Shown: positions 11,301 through 20,448, numbered from the stretch's first letter. The stretch is 36,743 nt of DNA from Priapulus caudatus (GCF_000485595.1 NW_014577084.1:180431-217173), one strand, 5' to 3'. Notes: generated from the letters alone by a model not told the origin. Made by a program: numbers and translations.

Positions 11301-12229
11301 TGCAGCGAGGCATCGTCAGTGACTGGTATCGGGTGATTGTTTAGCGTTCTGTTGTTTGTATGATGTTTCCGCAATCTGATACTCGAGGCCGTGTATTCGG
11401 GTGTGACATATACCCGCTCCATCCGTTCAGATGATGGAGTTACAATACGATTATCATCTACTAATCGCGTGACGTCTTCTCTCTGAGATGATGGCGGTCT
11501 ACCAGAGATTCCACCGCCGTACAGTCGCTTAATGACACGTTTACATTTCCACGAGCCACCGTCGAGCTGCGAATACTGGTACGTGCATATCGTCACGGCT
11601 GGTTTGCAATGCGACACTTTGCGGCCGTCGCTAGTCACCTCCTCTTCGCACACCGCCGGGATTTCGTTGCTGATATTTCTGCCGTCGACTTGCTCGCTGA
11701 GCACTCCCATCGGGGGATCCCTCGTTACACCTGCTGTGCATCTCCATCTTTTCCCCGTTCCCGGGTTGTAGTCGTAGACGCACGTGCCAACATTCGTTTC
11801 CGTGTGAGGTTTAGCGGTCGGTTCGCCACCGCCCGGATAACGTCTGCTGCGGCTCCGGTGGTCGCGATTGCCGGCTTCTGTGAAGACACCCTTCACGTCC
11901 CAGCCAATGGACGCGCTGGTGGCTGTGGGCCCAGACGTTGGCCTCATGCGGGGGCCTCTAATGCGATCGCGTTCGCGAGCAGCGATAAGCTGCGCTGGGC
12001 TTACAAAATACGGATTCCCTCCTAGATATGCGTACGCCGATGACGGCGGCGGTCTGATGCGTGCGGAGTCGTCGGTGGGAATCGGCGTATAAGGGTCGAT
12101 GTACAGGGGCGGTGGTGTTGGGCCGGCGCGCTGGGCGGGGCTGGTGCTAGCAGCTCTGTCGTCGTGCATGTACGGGTCGACGTAGAGTGGTGGTTCAGAC
12201 GTGCGGCTGACTACAGCGCTGCAGAACGC
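5342..12229 (-). CDS. Giant terminal coding exon (2295 aa + stop) of an uncharacterised secreted S/T/P/R/N-rich mucin-like proprotein
   Basis: Uninterrupted 6.9-kb reading frame. The frame stays open 20 codons upstream of the ORF-track ATG (12169), reading AFCSAVVSRTSEPPLYVDPY, up to an acceptor TTTCCTACATTTCAG| (CAG at 12232-12230, phase 0). Stop TAG at 5344-5342. Confidence 0.92.
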   Translation of the reverse strand, partial: AFCSAVVSRTSEPPLYVDPYMHDDRAASTSPAQRAGPTPPPLYIDPYTPIPTDDSARIRPPPSSAYAYLGGNPYFVSPAQLIAARERDRIRGPRMRPTSGPTATSASIGWDVKGVFTEAGNRDHRSRSRRYPGGGEPTAKPHTETNVGTCVYDYNPGTGKRWRCTAGVTRDPPMGVLSEQVDGRNISNEIPAVCEEEVTSDGRKVSHCKPAVTICTYQYSQLDGGSWKCKRVIKRLYGGGISGRPPSSQREDVTRLVDDNRIVTPSSERMERVYVTPEYTASSIRLRKHHTNNRTLNNHPIPVTDDASLQTAYTKQVETDVDSKANSNKDTSISSQTNDSDRSVILPENQTAEFVYESTSPSQLRNLTIRQNESGASNLNEFNNGYAPNDRHETMKIYDYELRGGRGVPGRVGAYERWETPNDGNRTDDPDMNYSMRNQQRPIGGFEAVLIAPRNDSRFRDLLDEDLAMQSSSGGSRSDLRLANGMTEEEAASYVPVQRNSLRILMHNLRAPAMNSREPSMNSPASTDEMAMSQSTEQTTTPSTNIRGSRLNGPQLLMTAGTPPTQGPPSSTITQRNRISTVSSESRRRNEEVPAIGDVYDDEFTPSANHMRNNSDSSTYLRAVPETSTSSDFSQEPMTSTLKPQLNNMAQAYIEGDNLRKQRKQREQRNVTGTTQTNLNRHPRNQTMLPTYTATTSGKYMDTSSTVKTENVTHVVHDNNMSENDVSMYTLTIEDSYTDSTFTTESTTSEYFTTDRTTTLPPSLGRSRRVLPAEHTADSPAIDDRVLQPGLQPANIELMADNITDVHRGTTNMDASFVNADHRSNRGGRTNFSPYSQGVRDGWHSGREEQHVSAAVGAKPLTNSPNPNDTSHSTVALLDMDAGLFEDQRGGLAGQKNHGIAESMPVVQDEITANAGLMQSTYGMTSQDDSEFEAIDLRESKHQRNSNAGSDKRELHATEPEPEPTQETYKGPSNAPTGKSSTTIFNRNASLINGRVDTTTRNMADTMSTSMAASLLRELHNAHRVSYNHSPGRVYSRHTEGGLARMAMEPTRTEAELTSNSGTASVRVDQHQNTRDSVPGGSGINREWTTSQNNGDTLTIYESVVREDGTKVFRAVGVKHVRRSMPRAQSIGSLKRGRNATEENQILQNQTTRTVSHRRPLRASLTAVSRETKQNNTPAIPQSNSTAMFTLDRTKRVQESRSQSQAQASDYTQSTPATTVSTDTGTNTQPERSKSNGFSYASGARPANDQPPYIDAQALYATRQIYNARVPHNNRNEYAWDLHLSNQDPSVSRNPQGENGYSIRKHSPTREPTVTIPVEENVLATTVLQTTTTPIPRTLVTRATSASKEALTSTMTIPVERQRARARTIANNISTARGPNPQGPRPPTTTPSTTTRRPRPATDPVKSRGEYSETVDISTSPTKPLSPVSVRTNKGRGIGSVLHIIPTPPPEVKLPGGSNVIGEITISFGEGDAESGNVVNKSYIIRASAQSSPLGSSDLTIYTGISNRDARVYDIHGHDRNERYYYGDQDPSLAAMPELTIEEVDTDKAMPELTIKRLNNETLRLELNPGIPERRCLQGCGENKSSNATTGNAAQNPLQYETYGPNTSYQPKLLNISVCDHNGKCTSPNTATGLNSSDVLDLFLRPNLLGPKQSSLNIGTSATDDEFTNGYSFVVSLKSRNSGPSGEQGKSHAETRNISSLGRGEVTGVEDGFHDLWSTIQTYTQSKHFNPVLPALTQKRSDVLQTQENYGLNLDFDDTLAPRNNTNNNAGNSYSNKRESLVASPRTIPEEKKEMPVLQDGGSTSPDPTYFHNTPKRQVSEQFHGYFITQKNSPESVTTPYVYAYERRNQRRVSESQQYPRVALSKARLLPTRLANFENLDELRAEPTLNTYTRGNVRKVQATTPLDTVYLTVPPTQREPIVRVYSHPSPVSSRPRSAAPDQTSRATRRNNRKTTTTASSPSSAEKTTPTYMVADVTAQSTAVSSEYLEVELSQPTGRLRRVIEGDQEAETSDYEPKSRVRGHRVTAAATPTEASHVTTAAVVNIRNENGRNSESPDIGRNPNYEQIRRPITRPRSNATGRRRTISPRAENAPSSEYERNRAHPSLQVALQPTYSISVPRSDAVTTRNRYFFPAGTARTTSRLSTSGRYVNTVPVSPPATPDPLQSSPISSADRTEGHGRRQPDTSRRSRDRYRLETVATTPPVHVAVETSSSMTPNRRERAQMRHDSEPRGARSHTFEKPTGEYFQVILGTSDESRQSNGRPHSKGLHTTIQPGGYLRSERTRSLRRPNRGRAL

Positions 12230-12351
12230 CTGAAATGTAGGAAATCATGCAGTGTTCACGTACGGGTGTTTATGTTCACGCGTATATATATACATACACA
12301 CACGTGCGCACACGCACGGACACGTGCACACGCGCACACGTTCACGTACGC

Positions 12352-12359
12352 ACACACAC

Positions 12360-12415
<56 letters not shown>
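12352..12415. repeat. (CA)n microsatellite in the intron
   Basis: CA run visible directly. Confidence 0.9.
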
Positions 12416-12417
<2 letters not shown>

Positions 12418-12430
12418 GCTCCCACCGCCA

Positions 12431-13110
12431 GTCCGTAGCACGCACGTGCCAACTGTCGTTTCGCAGCGTGAGGTTAAGCGGTCGGTTCGCCACCGCCCGG
12501 ACTAACGTCTTGCGGCTCCGGTGGTCGACACGGGATTGCCGCGTATCTGCTGCAAGACACCCGTCACCCGTCCCAGCCAATGGACGCGCATGGTGCTGTG
12601 GGGCCCCAGACGTGTCGGCCATCCATGCGGCGGGCCTCTAATGCGATCTGGCGTTCGCAGGAGCAGCCGAGAATAAGCTGCGCTGGGCTTTACAATAATA
12701 CGGGATTCGCCTCCTAGATATGACGTAGCCGATGACGGCGAGCGGTCTGATGCGCTGCGGAGTCGTCGGTGGAATCGGCGTATAGAGGGGTCGATGGTAC
12801 AGGGCGCGATGCGTCGTTGGCGCCGGACTCTCGCTGGCGGGGCTCGGTTGCTAGCAGCTCCTGTCGTCGATCATGTCAGGTCGACGTAGAGTGGTGGTAT
12901 CAGCACGTGACGGCTGACTACAGCGACTGCAGAACGCCTGAAATGTAGGAAATCATCGCAGTGATTCACGTAACGGGCGTGTTTATGTTCAGCGTATATA
13001 TACATACACACACGTGCGCAACGACGCACGTGACACGTGCAACACGCGCACGACGTTCAAGTACGCACACACCTACACAACGGCAACACACACACACACA
13101 TCCACAACAC
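12431..13110 (-). other. Indel-riddled tandem copy of 11771-12415 (5' end of the giant exon, its acceptor and adjacent intron); likely uncorrected long-read assembly artefact
   Basis: Colinear with 11771-12415, including CCTGAAATGTAGGAAATC at 12937. Differences are mostly scattered 1-2 nt insertions rather than substitutions. Confidence 0.8.
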
Positions 13111-13302
13111 ACACACACACAAACCCCACACCAACACACTCACACCACGCGCGCGCGCGCGACACAGGCACACACACACACAGCACACCACAGCACACAC
13201 AACACTAGCCACACACACACACACACAATATATACTATATATATACAGAGCGTAAATAAGTAATGAATACTTGTAGAGTATAAGTAAACATGGTTAAGTA
13301 TA

Positions 13303-13614
13303 AGCTGCGCTTTCAGCTAAACGTATAACACGGCCTGCTGGTAGCTCTGTACTAAGTTGGTTGCTACAGTTCGGGCAAATGACAAGTTTCCACTACGTAT
13401 ACAAAACTTCCACAGGTTCCGTAGCGAGCGCGAAACCAAGCAGTTTCGTACGTACTCGCGACTAAATTACCGCCATCGTCTGAACGACCACGTATAGCTA
13501 TAACTCAGTTCGAAAACGCGTATCACTATCCCTGATCAAAATGAGTGGCGTTTCCTACGTAACTGTCGTGAATAGCTAATACGCCACGTATAGCGCGACG
13601 TGTGAAGACCGGCT
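13303..13614. mobile_element. Degenerate Harbinger-like MITE
   Basis: Left AGCTGCGCTTTCA. Right GTGTGAAGACCGGCT (rc AGCCGGTCTTCACAC) resembles N9-CACAC Harbinger TIRs. The region appears error-rich. Confidence 0.3.
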
Positions 13615-13908
13615 ATAGCCTATACGCCGTAATAACAATAAAGAAACAAAGCGCTGTCGACGGTCTTACGAGAAAATGTTAGTGTTAAGACTAATTCTTC
13701 GTTTACTGAGCAAACGGCCCCTTGACATCATCCTCTATACCTTGAACCAATAATCATAAAAAGTTTAAATGTGGCATAATTGGTGTGACATGTATAATGA
13801 ATGACTTGTCACCAAAGCATGTCAAATTTGTTGGTTCGGAAATGAGGTTACGGCGGCCGTATAACTGGTACGCAAACAGCACACAGCACACAAGTTGTCT
13901 GCTTGCTC

Positions 13909-14212
13909 AAGGGGTCGTTGGTACGTAACAGGTACTAACAGATAATGTACCGAGGTACCATATATGATATACACAAGAGTGTACAGACTTGTAACTATAA
14001 AACAGAAAGTGTACGCCTAACCGGCTAACACTAACCCTAACCCTAACGCCTAACCCTAACCCGTAACCTCTAAACCCTAACCCTAACCTAAATAGCTCAT
14101 ATAAAAAATTTAAATCNNNNNNNNNNNNNNNNNNNNNNNNNAAACATAATACTAAACAACCTAAAACTGCCTCGGGTACATATCTGTAGTACCTGTTACG
14201 ACAACGACCCTT
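13909..14212. mobile_element. MITE-like element with ~45-bp inverted ends enclosing degenerate (CCCTAA)n
   Basis: Left AAGGGGTCGTTGGTACGTAACAGGTACTAACAGATAATGTACCGAGG vs rc of right AAGGGTCGTTGTCGTAACAGGTACTACAGATATGTACCCGAGG. Telomere-like tract at ~14016-14090. Spans an N gap. Confidence 0.65.
14117..14141. other. Assembly gap (25 N)
   Basis: N run. Confidence 1.
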
Positions 14213-14408
14213 CGTGCGTTGACTACATGCAATTTTGTAATGCCATAAACTATATTACACTATTTGTGTACAGCGACGTACGTAAATTCCAAAGCTACGT
14301 GTGAACGCTGTTTAACTCACCCGGTCGACAGTTCCACACGCTACCCTAACGTCGTGCAGCGAACGGGTAGCAGTCTAGGTTAGAGCGCTACAGTTTCGCA
14401 ATTCGAAT

Positions 14409-14598
14409 GCGTTCACACGACAAACAATACGCGGCCAGCGTGGTGCCGAATATACGCGGCTTAGTTGGCGCGGAATATGATTCCGCGCTAAGTAAGCCGG
14501 AGCAATCGCGGCTAAGCAAGCCGTGACTAAGCAAGCCGCGTATATTTTAGCGTGTGAACGCTTAAATACGGAACTAAAATCCTCGTGTGAACGCAGCT
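14409..14598. mobile_element. Palindromic Harbinger-like MITE fragment (right end)
   Basis: GCGTTCACACG at 14409 is inverted against two CGTGTGAACGC copies. Terminus GTGTGAACGCAGCT at 14585-14598. Internal hairpin GCGCGGAAT-ATG-ATTCCGCGC at 14468-14488. Confidence 0.55.
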
Positions 14599-15197
14599 TA
14601 TGCATACTTAATATATACGATCTTGATATGTATTAGATAAAGGCAATTAAACGGTACCAATCACCAATACAGATGCCAATATAGTTTTATATATTTATTC
14701 CACAGCAAGCTGTTGATACAAAATCTCTACATCAGTTTTTTAATTATTATTCTTACTTCAAGTTTATATTTTCATTACCTTGATGAAGTATGATGTTGTA
14801 TCGGAAGCTTGATGTGGAATAAATATTTACAAACAAATATATAAAATATATCTCTATATTTTTTTTATTTTGATATATATATATATATATACATTCGGAA
14901 ATGTCTATTACCCAAAATGATGCATAAAAGTGGATACCACGAGCCATATCCGAAGTTTAGGCTGACTGCATACTTTCCTCACATTTGATATGAAATTGGC
15001 AATGCGCAATCATAGTATTTACTCGCGCCTAAACAGACCTAGATATCAGTATTATTTTAGCCGAAAAAATGTACGCTGTTATTTTGTTTTAAATATGGAG
15101 TTTCACGTCATAGTAAATTATATTTTCTACGACACACGCGCGAATAACGTAATGAAAAGCTGAGCGACAGCAACAGTAAAGTAATTATACAACTCAC

Positions 15198-15233
15198 CTG
15201 TCGCGATAGAACGATGAATAATAACGGTATCAT
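15198..15233 (-). CDS. First coding exon (MIPLLFIVLSRQ, signal peptide core) of the large gene; whole exon 15255-15198
   Basis: Minus strand reads CTTTGTTTCCAACAG|GAAGGCACCCGGAGGTGGAGCC-ATG ATA CCG TTA TTA TTC ATC GTT CTA TCG CGA CAG|GTGAGT. This has a good acceptor, Kozak-like GCCATG and a consensus donor in phase 0 matching the 12229 acceptor. Confidence 0.82.
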
Positions 15234-15875
15234 GGCTCCACCTCCGGGTGCCTTCCTGTTGGAAACAAAGTCAATAGGTACGCGTCAAGCATGCACTCTT
15301 AAAACGATCATCTCACAAGTAAATCGAGAAACTAATAAATGAAGAGTAATTTAGTCTCACATGTCAGCGTACATAGTTAGCCGCAAAACTATTGCACGTA
15401 GATACGTGACGCGATTATTTATAAACTTGTATCTCGAAATGTATACAGAGGTAATTAACTTAGTGTAGAGACAGTGTTCCGGTCTCGCGAGAACAACAAT
15501 CCCACGCTAGGTTTGTTGAGATATGTAATACTAACTTAAATGTAATACTACTTAACAATCTAATTTGACATGCAGATCGGTACACATATTGTTAGAAAGA
15601 ATGTCGTGCGAGTGTTCTATGACATGTTAGTCTTACTAGATACATTTGGTGTTATGAAACGATAGCGGTAAGTATCAGAACGGTTGAGTAAATATGAAAA
15701 CGGTTGGTAAAAACACGAAAAATCCCCACTTTAATATGACTGACCGAGATAGATAAAATAATAATGTATTCCATCGTTATGTAAGTAACATATGGGGGGG
15801 GGGTGCGCTGTGAACTTTTTCTATCTACGGTGTATGCTAGTGTTCAAAACAAGCGTTACGCTTACTGTATTGTAA

Positions 15876-16782
15876 TACCCCCGTCACACTGGACGGCGAC
15901 CATCCGCGACCGTACGGCGACCAGAAAATGTACAAAGTCGCCGGCAAACGCGAACACAACGCGAGAAAAAGTCCCAACAAATTACAAACTTGAAAAAAAA
16001 ACCGCGCTCTTACCGCGAACTGTGCGATCATACCGCGTTCTCACGGCGCGCGCAGCCACGACCTCCATCCGCGCTTATGGCGTTTCAATTGAGATCTATG
16101 GGCTTGGCAACAGGCGATCACCGGCGTTCCACGGCGGCGCTCTCACCACGGCTCCAATGGGGTTCTTACCACGCTCTTCTACGTGATCGCGACTGCACGG
16201 CGACCCATCACGTCGCGTTTCTACCCACGTTCTCACGGGCGACTATGTAAGCTGGTCAGATTTTCGGAATTTTAACTGTATAGTTTTGTGGCGTTTCTGA
16301 AAGTAGAAACATCGAATGCGAAGAAAACCAAGCTACCAAGGCCGAGGCCGTGGCCGTGGCCGAAGACGATCGGCATGAAAAGATCAGGCAAGATCCGGAC
16401 TGAGACATGATCCATGAATTCCGCCGTTGAAAAATGTTAACCATTTCGCAGCGTCTTTGGGCACGCGTTGTAGCTGCGCTGGTGTACTACGCTTATGGAA
16501 ATGTTACGCACGCTGTCTCACGACCTTCGCGACCCCCCGGTTCTTCACGCGTTCCAGGTCAAGATCGCCGAACCTTGGCGTTTGTTTTGAAGCACTTGCT
16601 CAAAACAAACGACCGTGACCGCCGGCGACAATTGGCGACAATATGGCGACCAACACCGACGATGTCTGCGTTTCCCACCATACGCTTATACCGACGCTTA
16701 TGGGCGATCTGGCGCCGCTCTGCTGCCCATTTTCCGTCGCGTAGCAGCGGCAGTAAGGACGCCACCCGGTTGACTGGGGGTA
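15876..16782. mobile_element. Non-autonomous PIF/Harbinger-type element, ~907 bp
   Basis: TAA|TACCCCCGTCACACTGGACGGCG at left vs rc of right TACCCCCAGTCAACCGGGTGGCG, followed by TTA (TWA-type flanks, not identical). GC-rich interior with repeated GGCGAC/CGCGAC motifs. Confidence 0.7.
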
Positions 16783-17836
16783 TTAGGGTTATTAGTGATT
16801 ACTGGCGATGTATTAGTTATAAATGCTTAATACTAGTTATTCGCGTAACTTATGTCGGCCTTTATACGCATAATTACAGACGTAGGTATCGCAAGACTAC
16901 ACAGAAAAAGTGAAAAACTGTCAGCGACCCGTTAATCGGTTCAATTGACTACGCGCCGATTTTGTTCCATATATGTCGACAACGACAGCGTTGAGGATGT
17001 TTTCCGCAGTCACGCTCCGATGTTGACGGCCGCCACGTGGATTCCTCTTTTCGTATCGCGCGAAAATTACATTATTATTCATACTTCGAATAAAACTGTT
17101 TGGCGGACCGCTGCTTAACGGATCGTCGTAATACAGTGGTCCGCCATGCCACTAGTCTCACCATTTTGCTGGCGATTGTGAAAGTCCGGCTAGATTTTAC
17201 TTTCAACGTCACCAAAAAGAGATGTTGTAGGTAGCAGCGACGTCCTTTCCGTTTGTGTGCGATATCCGTTTTTACTAATATAGAACCTTAGTATATATTT
17301 TGAAATCACGGCAAAGATGAAACGATAGAAAAAGACTTCTGCAGTATCACAAACTGCATAACTTCTTATTCAATGCCCGGGAATCTTCTATTTTATAATT
17401 TTCGCTGCTAAATCGAGTCTCTCGCTCTATTAAGTCAATCATTTCTCAGTATTTGGTTGAGAATAATGAAGCGCGAAAAACGTTATGACACATATCCCAT
17501 ATGGAGATCGGAATAGCGCTTTTATGAGCTATACTATATGACAGCAGACCAATGATACACATTGTGCAATGTCGCGTAGCTGCTATTTAGATGAAAAACT
17601 GGCACGTCATCCATAATCAATATTTTTAAAAATTTTTACACACACCCACACATCACACATACACACGCTACACATACACTTAGATACACACACACACACA
17701 CACCCACAGCACACACACACCACACGACACACACACACACACACACACACTTCATATATATATAAGATATTATACTATATATATATAAAAAATTAATATA
17801 TATAATACCTATATATATTAATATATTATATATATT

Positions 17837-17870
17837 CAGAAGTAGATAAAGGATCCTATTTCTACTTCTG
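17837..17870. mobile_element. 34-bp CAGAAG...CTTCTG palindrome (17+17), possible footprint family C
   Basis: CAGAAGTAGATAAAGGA|TCCTATTTCTACTTCTG, embedded in (TA)n so no TSD can be resolved. Confidence 0.4.
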
Positions 17871-17953
17871 AATATATATATAACATTATTGACAAATGTC
17901 TTAAATTATTCAATTAACTAACAAAATGCTAAGAATATAACAAACGTGAGAAT

Positions 17954-17962
17954 ACATACCTC
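17954..17962 (-). promoter_or_regulatory. Candidate splice donor of an upstream 5'UTR exon
   Basis: GAG|GTATGT on the minus strand. The 15255 acceptor requires some upstream exon, but this particular pairing is unproven. Confidence 0.3.
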
Positions 17963-18669
17963 CGGTAGCACTTGGCTTAATGTACCTATTTCGTCGGAGC
18001 TTGCACGAGCAAATACCAGCACCCTCTTTACTTTCACTACCGGACTATGACACGATACATGCGTGGCCTAAGCTTCACCCGCCGCAACTTCGAAGTGAGT
18101 GTCGCCGAAATGGCTTGTCCGCGTTGTACGCTATCTTTCAAGCAGGAGGCAGGCGAAACTAAGCAGTTGTAACGCGAGAGTAAAACTAGAAATGATGGGA
18201 AATGTTGATATATGCTGGTTGCGATTCCAGCATATCCGCGGTAATTTACTAAACCATAGCCCAATCTATAGTAGCGGTTTCACTGACATTGTAAATACGA
18301 TATAATACAAGCAGGTCATTGTTGGCCATGCCGCCAATTACTTCAGCCCACGCGGAGCGTAGTTTTAACAACAACGGGAAATTTCGTCGCGAACGGAACG
18401 AGAGAGCGGCCCTGCAGGTTCTGGTAATTGAGGAGCAAAGTCATCGACATTAATTTTCTATAGGAACATATCCTGTACATATATTACTGCTATATACCAT
18501 AGCCCTATACATGCCCCCTCGACTAATTGCCAGTGAGCTATATACCTTTTTGCCTTATTTAAATGTTTTTGTTGACTACTTAGACTAGTGGTTAATTTGT
18601 TGGGTGTCATGTCGGTTCTGCTCGTCCCCCCCGCCCGTGCATCCGTCCTATCTATAAATCTATACTATC

Positions 18670-18671
18670 TA

Positions 18672-18707
<36 letters not shown>

Positions 18708-19033
18708 TATATATACTATATATATATATATATGATATATATATATATATATATATAATATATATATATATTATACATCCGTCCGTCCGTCCGTCAGTCC
18801 GTCTCTTTCTCTCCCTCTCTCTCGCTCTCTTTCGCTCTCCTTCTCTCTTTCACTTCGCCTGCATGTCTCGTATCCCGCTTGCTCTATCTGTCTCTGGTCT
18901 CTCTCGCCACTCTCTTCTAAGCGCGCTCTCTCACTCGCTCTCTCTCTCTCTCTCTCTCTCTTACTTTCTCTATCGCTGTCGCTATTCCCCTTCTCTCCGT
19001 GTTTCTACCTATCTCTCTTATCTCTCAATCTTG

Positions 19034-19089
<56 letters not shown>

Positions 19090-19190
19090 TGTGTGCGCGT
19101 GCGTGCAGTGCGTGCGTGCGTGCGTGCGTGCAGTCGCGTCCGCGCTGCCGTTGCGTGCCGTGTGTGCGTGTGGCGTGTGCGTTGTGCGTG
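18670..19190. repeat. Compound microsatellite cluster (CT, TA, CCGT, GT, GCGT)
   Basis: Consecutive degenerate simple repeats. Confidence 0.9.
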
Positions 19191-19374
19191 CGGGTTTTTT
19201 TCCACGATTAACAATAAAGATTGGATTTTCTTAAACTTGTATTACAACTGGCAAGGTTGGCAGCACTCTACGATCTTTATGCTGTTTTCGGCGCTATGTT
19301 TCTTCGTACGTATAGTTCACGCATACTGGCACTAGCAGGCACTGAATCAGCATGAAGCACGTAAGTACATGCAC

Positions 19375-19423
19375 TTATAATCAGAGCATATAAAATCACC
19401 TGTGTTATATGCTCTGCTATAAT
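19375..19423. mobile_element. 35-bp CAGAGC...GCTCTG mini-palindrome with 7-bp TSD (family B)
   Basis: TTATAAT | CAGAGCATATAA-AATCACCTGTG-TTATATGCTCTG (19382-19416) | CTATAAT; flanks match 6/7. Confidence 0.6.
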
Positions 19424-19921
19424 CGACCATTATTTATTGATCGCGCGTGACGGTTAAAAGCATGAAAATATTATTGTTCTCGTGCGTGTAATTGTGCAAT
19501 TCTGTCTGCGTTTTTTGTGTGTCGAACGGGCTTCCAACTATTTGACACTCGTTGGTTGGCACGTTTTAGGCCAGAGTCCTGAATCTTGAATCTGTGGTTC
19601 ATTAGCATTAATAAAGTGTATGTTTTGTATGTGCCGAAAAACTCTTATAAGTAGCTTTTTATTATTTTTGTGTCATGCTTATTCAACCCTGCTACATAAG
19701 CACGCCCCAATACTGTTACATAACGATCCACATTGCGCATGATGCGCTATCTGCCACTCATATCATATAATCTATCTCTATATATATATTACATCAAGAA
19801 GAGCCAATAATACCTTAAACACGCAACACGCGTGCACACAACGGCACGCACGCAACGCACGCACGCACGCACGCACGCACGCACTCACACACGCAACGCC
19901 ACGCACGCACGCAAGCACGAC

Positions 19922-19954
<33 letters not shown>

Positions 19955-20090
19955 CACACACACACACAGTCACATACACACACACACACAAACAAACAAA
20001 CAAACAAGCACGCATGCACGCACGCATGCACGCACGCACGCGCAGACACACGCACGCACGCACGCACACGCACGCACACGCACGCACACG

Positions 20091-20163
20091 CGTGCAGTAG
20101 TCGAATTGATAACGCATCGGTCTCCTAAACTAAGGATTCTGGGTTCGAATCCGTCCTCGGGAA
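20091..20163 (+). pseudogene. tRNA-Arg(CCT)-derived sequence (pseudogene or SINE head) inside the Helitron
   Basis: CAGTAGTCGAATTGATAACGCATCGGT-CTCCTAA-ACTAAGGATTCTGGGTTCGAATCC is colinear with the eukaryotic tRNA-Arg-CCT pattern. B box at 20142-20152, anticodon at 20124-20126. Acceptor and anticodon stems are mispaired. Confidence 0.75.
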
Positions 20164-20448
20164 ATGCTTTCTTTCTTTACTTTTTGACTGTTTACTTCTG
20201 CCACTTCACCGTTAATTTCAAAATTTAACATTTTTTACTACATTTAAAAGTTTAGTAAAAATCCAGAATAAGCTTTGGTAGATGATAATAATAGCGCAAA
20301 CGGACGGGAATACTTCACGGAAGCCTATGTATGTTACAGATCAATTATTATTATATTTTTTATATAATTTTATTTTATTATTTTTTATTTTTTTATTTTT
20401 TTTATTAATGTCTTTTATCTTTTGATTTCTTATTATTTTTTTACTGTT

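Noticed and set aside
5587..12092. Short ORFs nested in or antisense to the giant exon (e.g. 7731-8345 +)
   Set aside because: Shadows of the real reading frame.
12167..12169. ORF-track ATG as the true start
   Set aside because: The frame is open upstream to a strong acceptor, and a phase-compatible upstream exon provides a Kozak ATG and signal peptide.
15803..16913. Cluster of overlapping ORFs
   Set aside because: GC-rich interior of a Harbinger-like element; no transposase or Myb motif recognised.
20091..20163. Functional tRNA-Arg gene
   Set aside because: Acceptor and anticodon stems are mispaired, and it lies within a Helitron.
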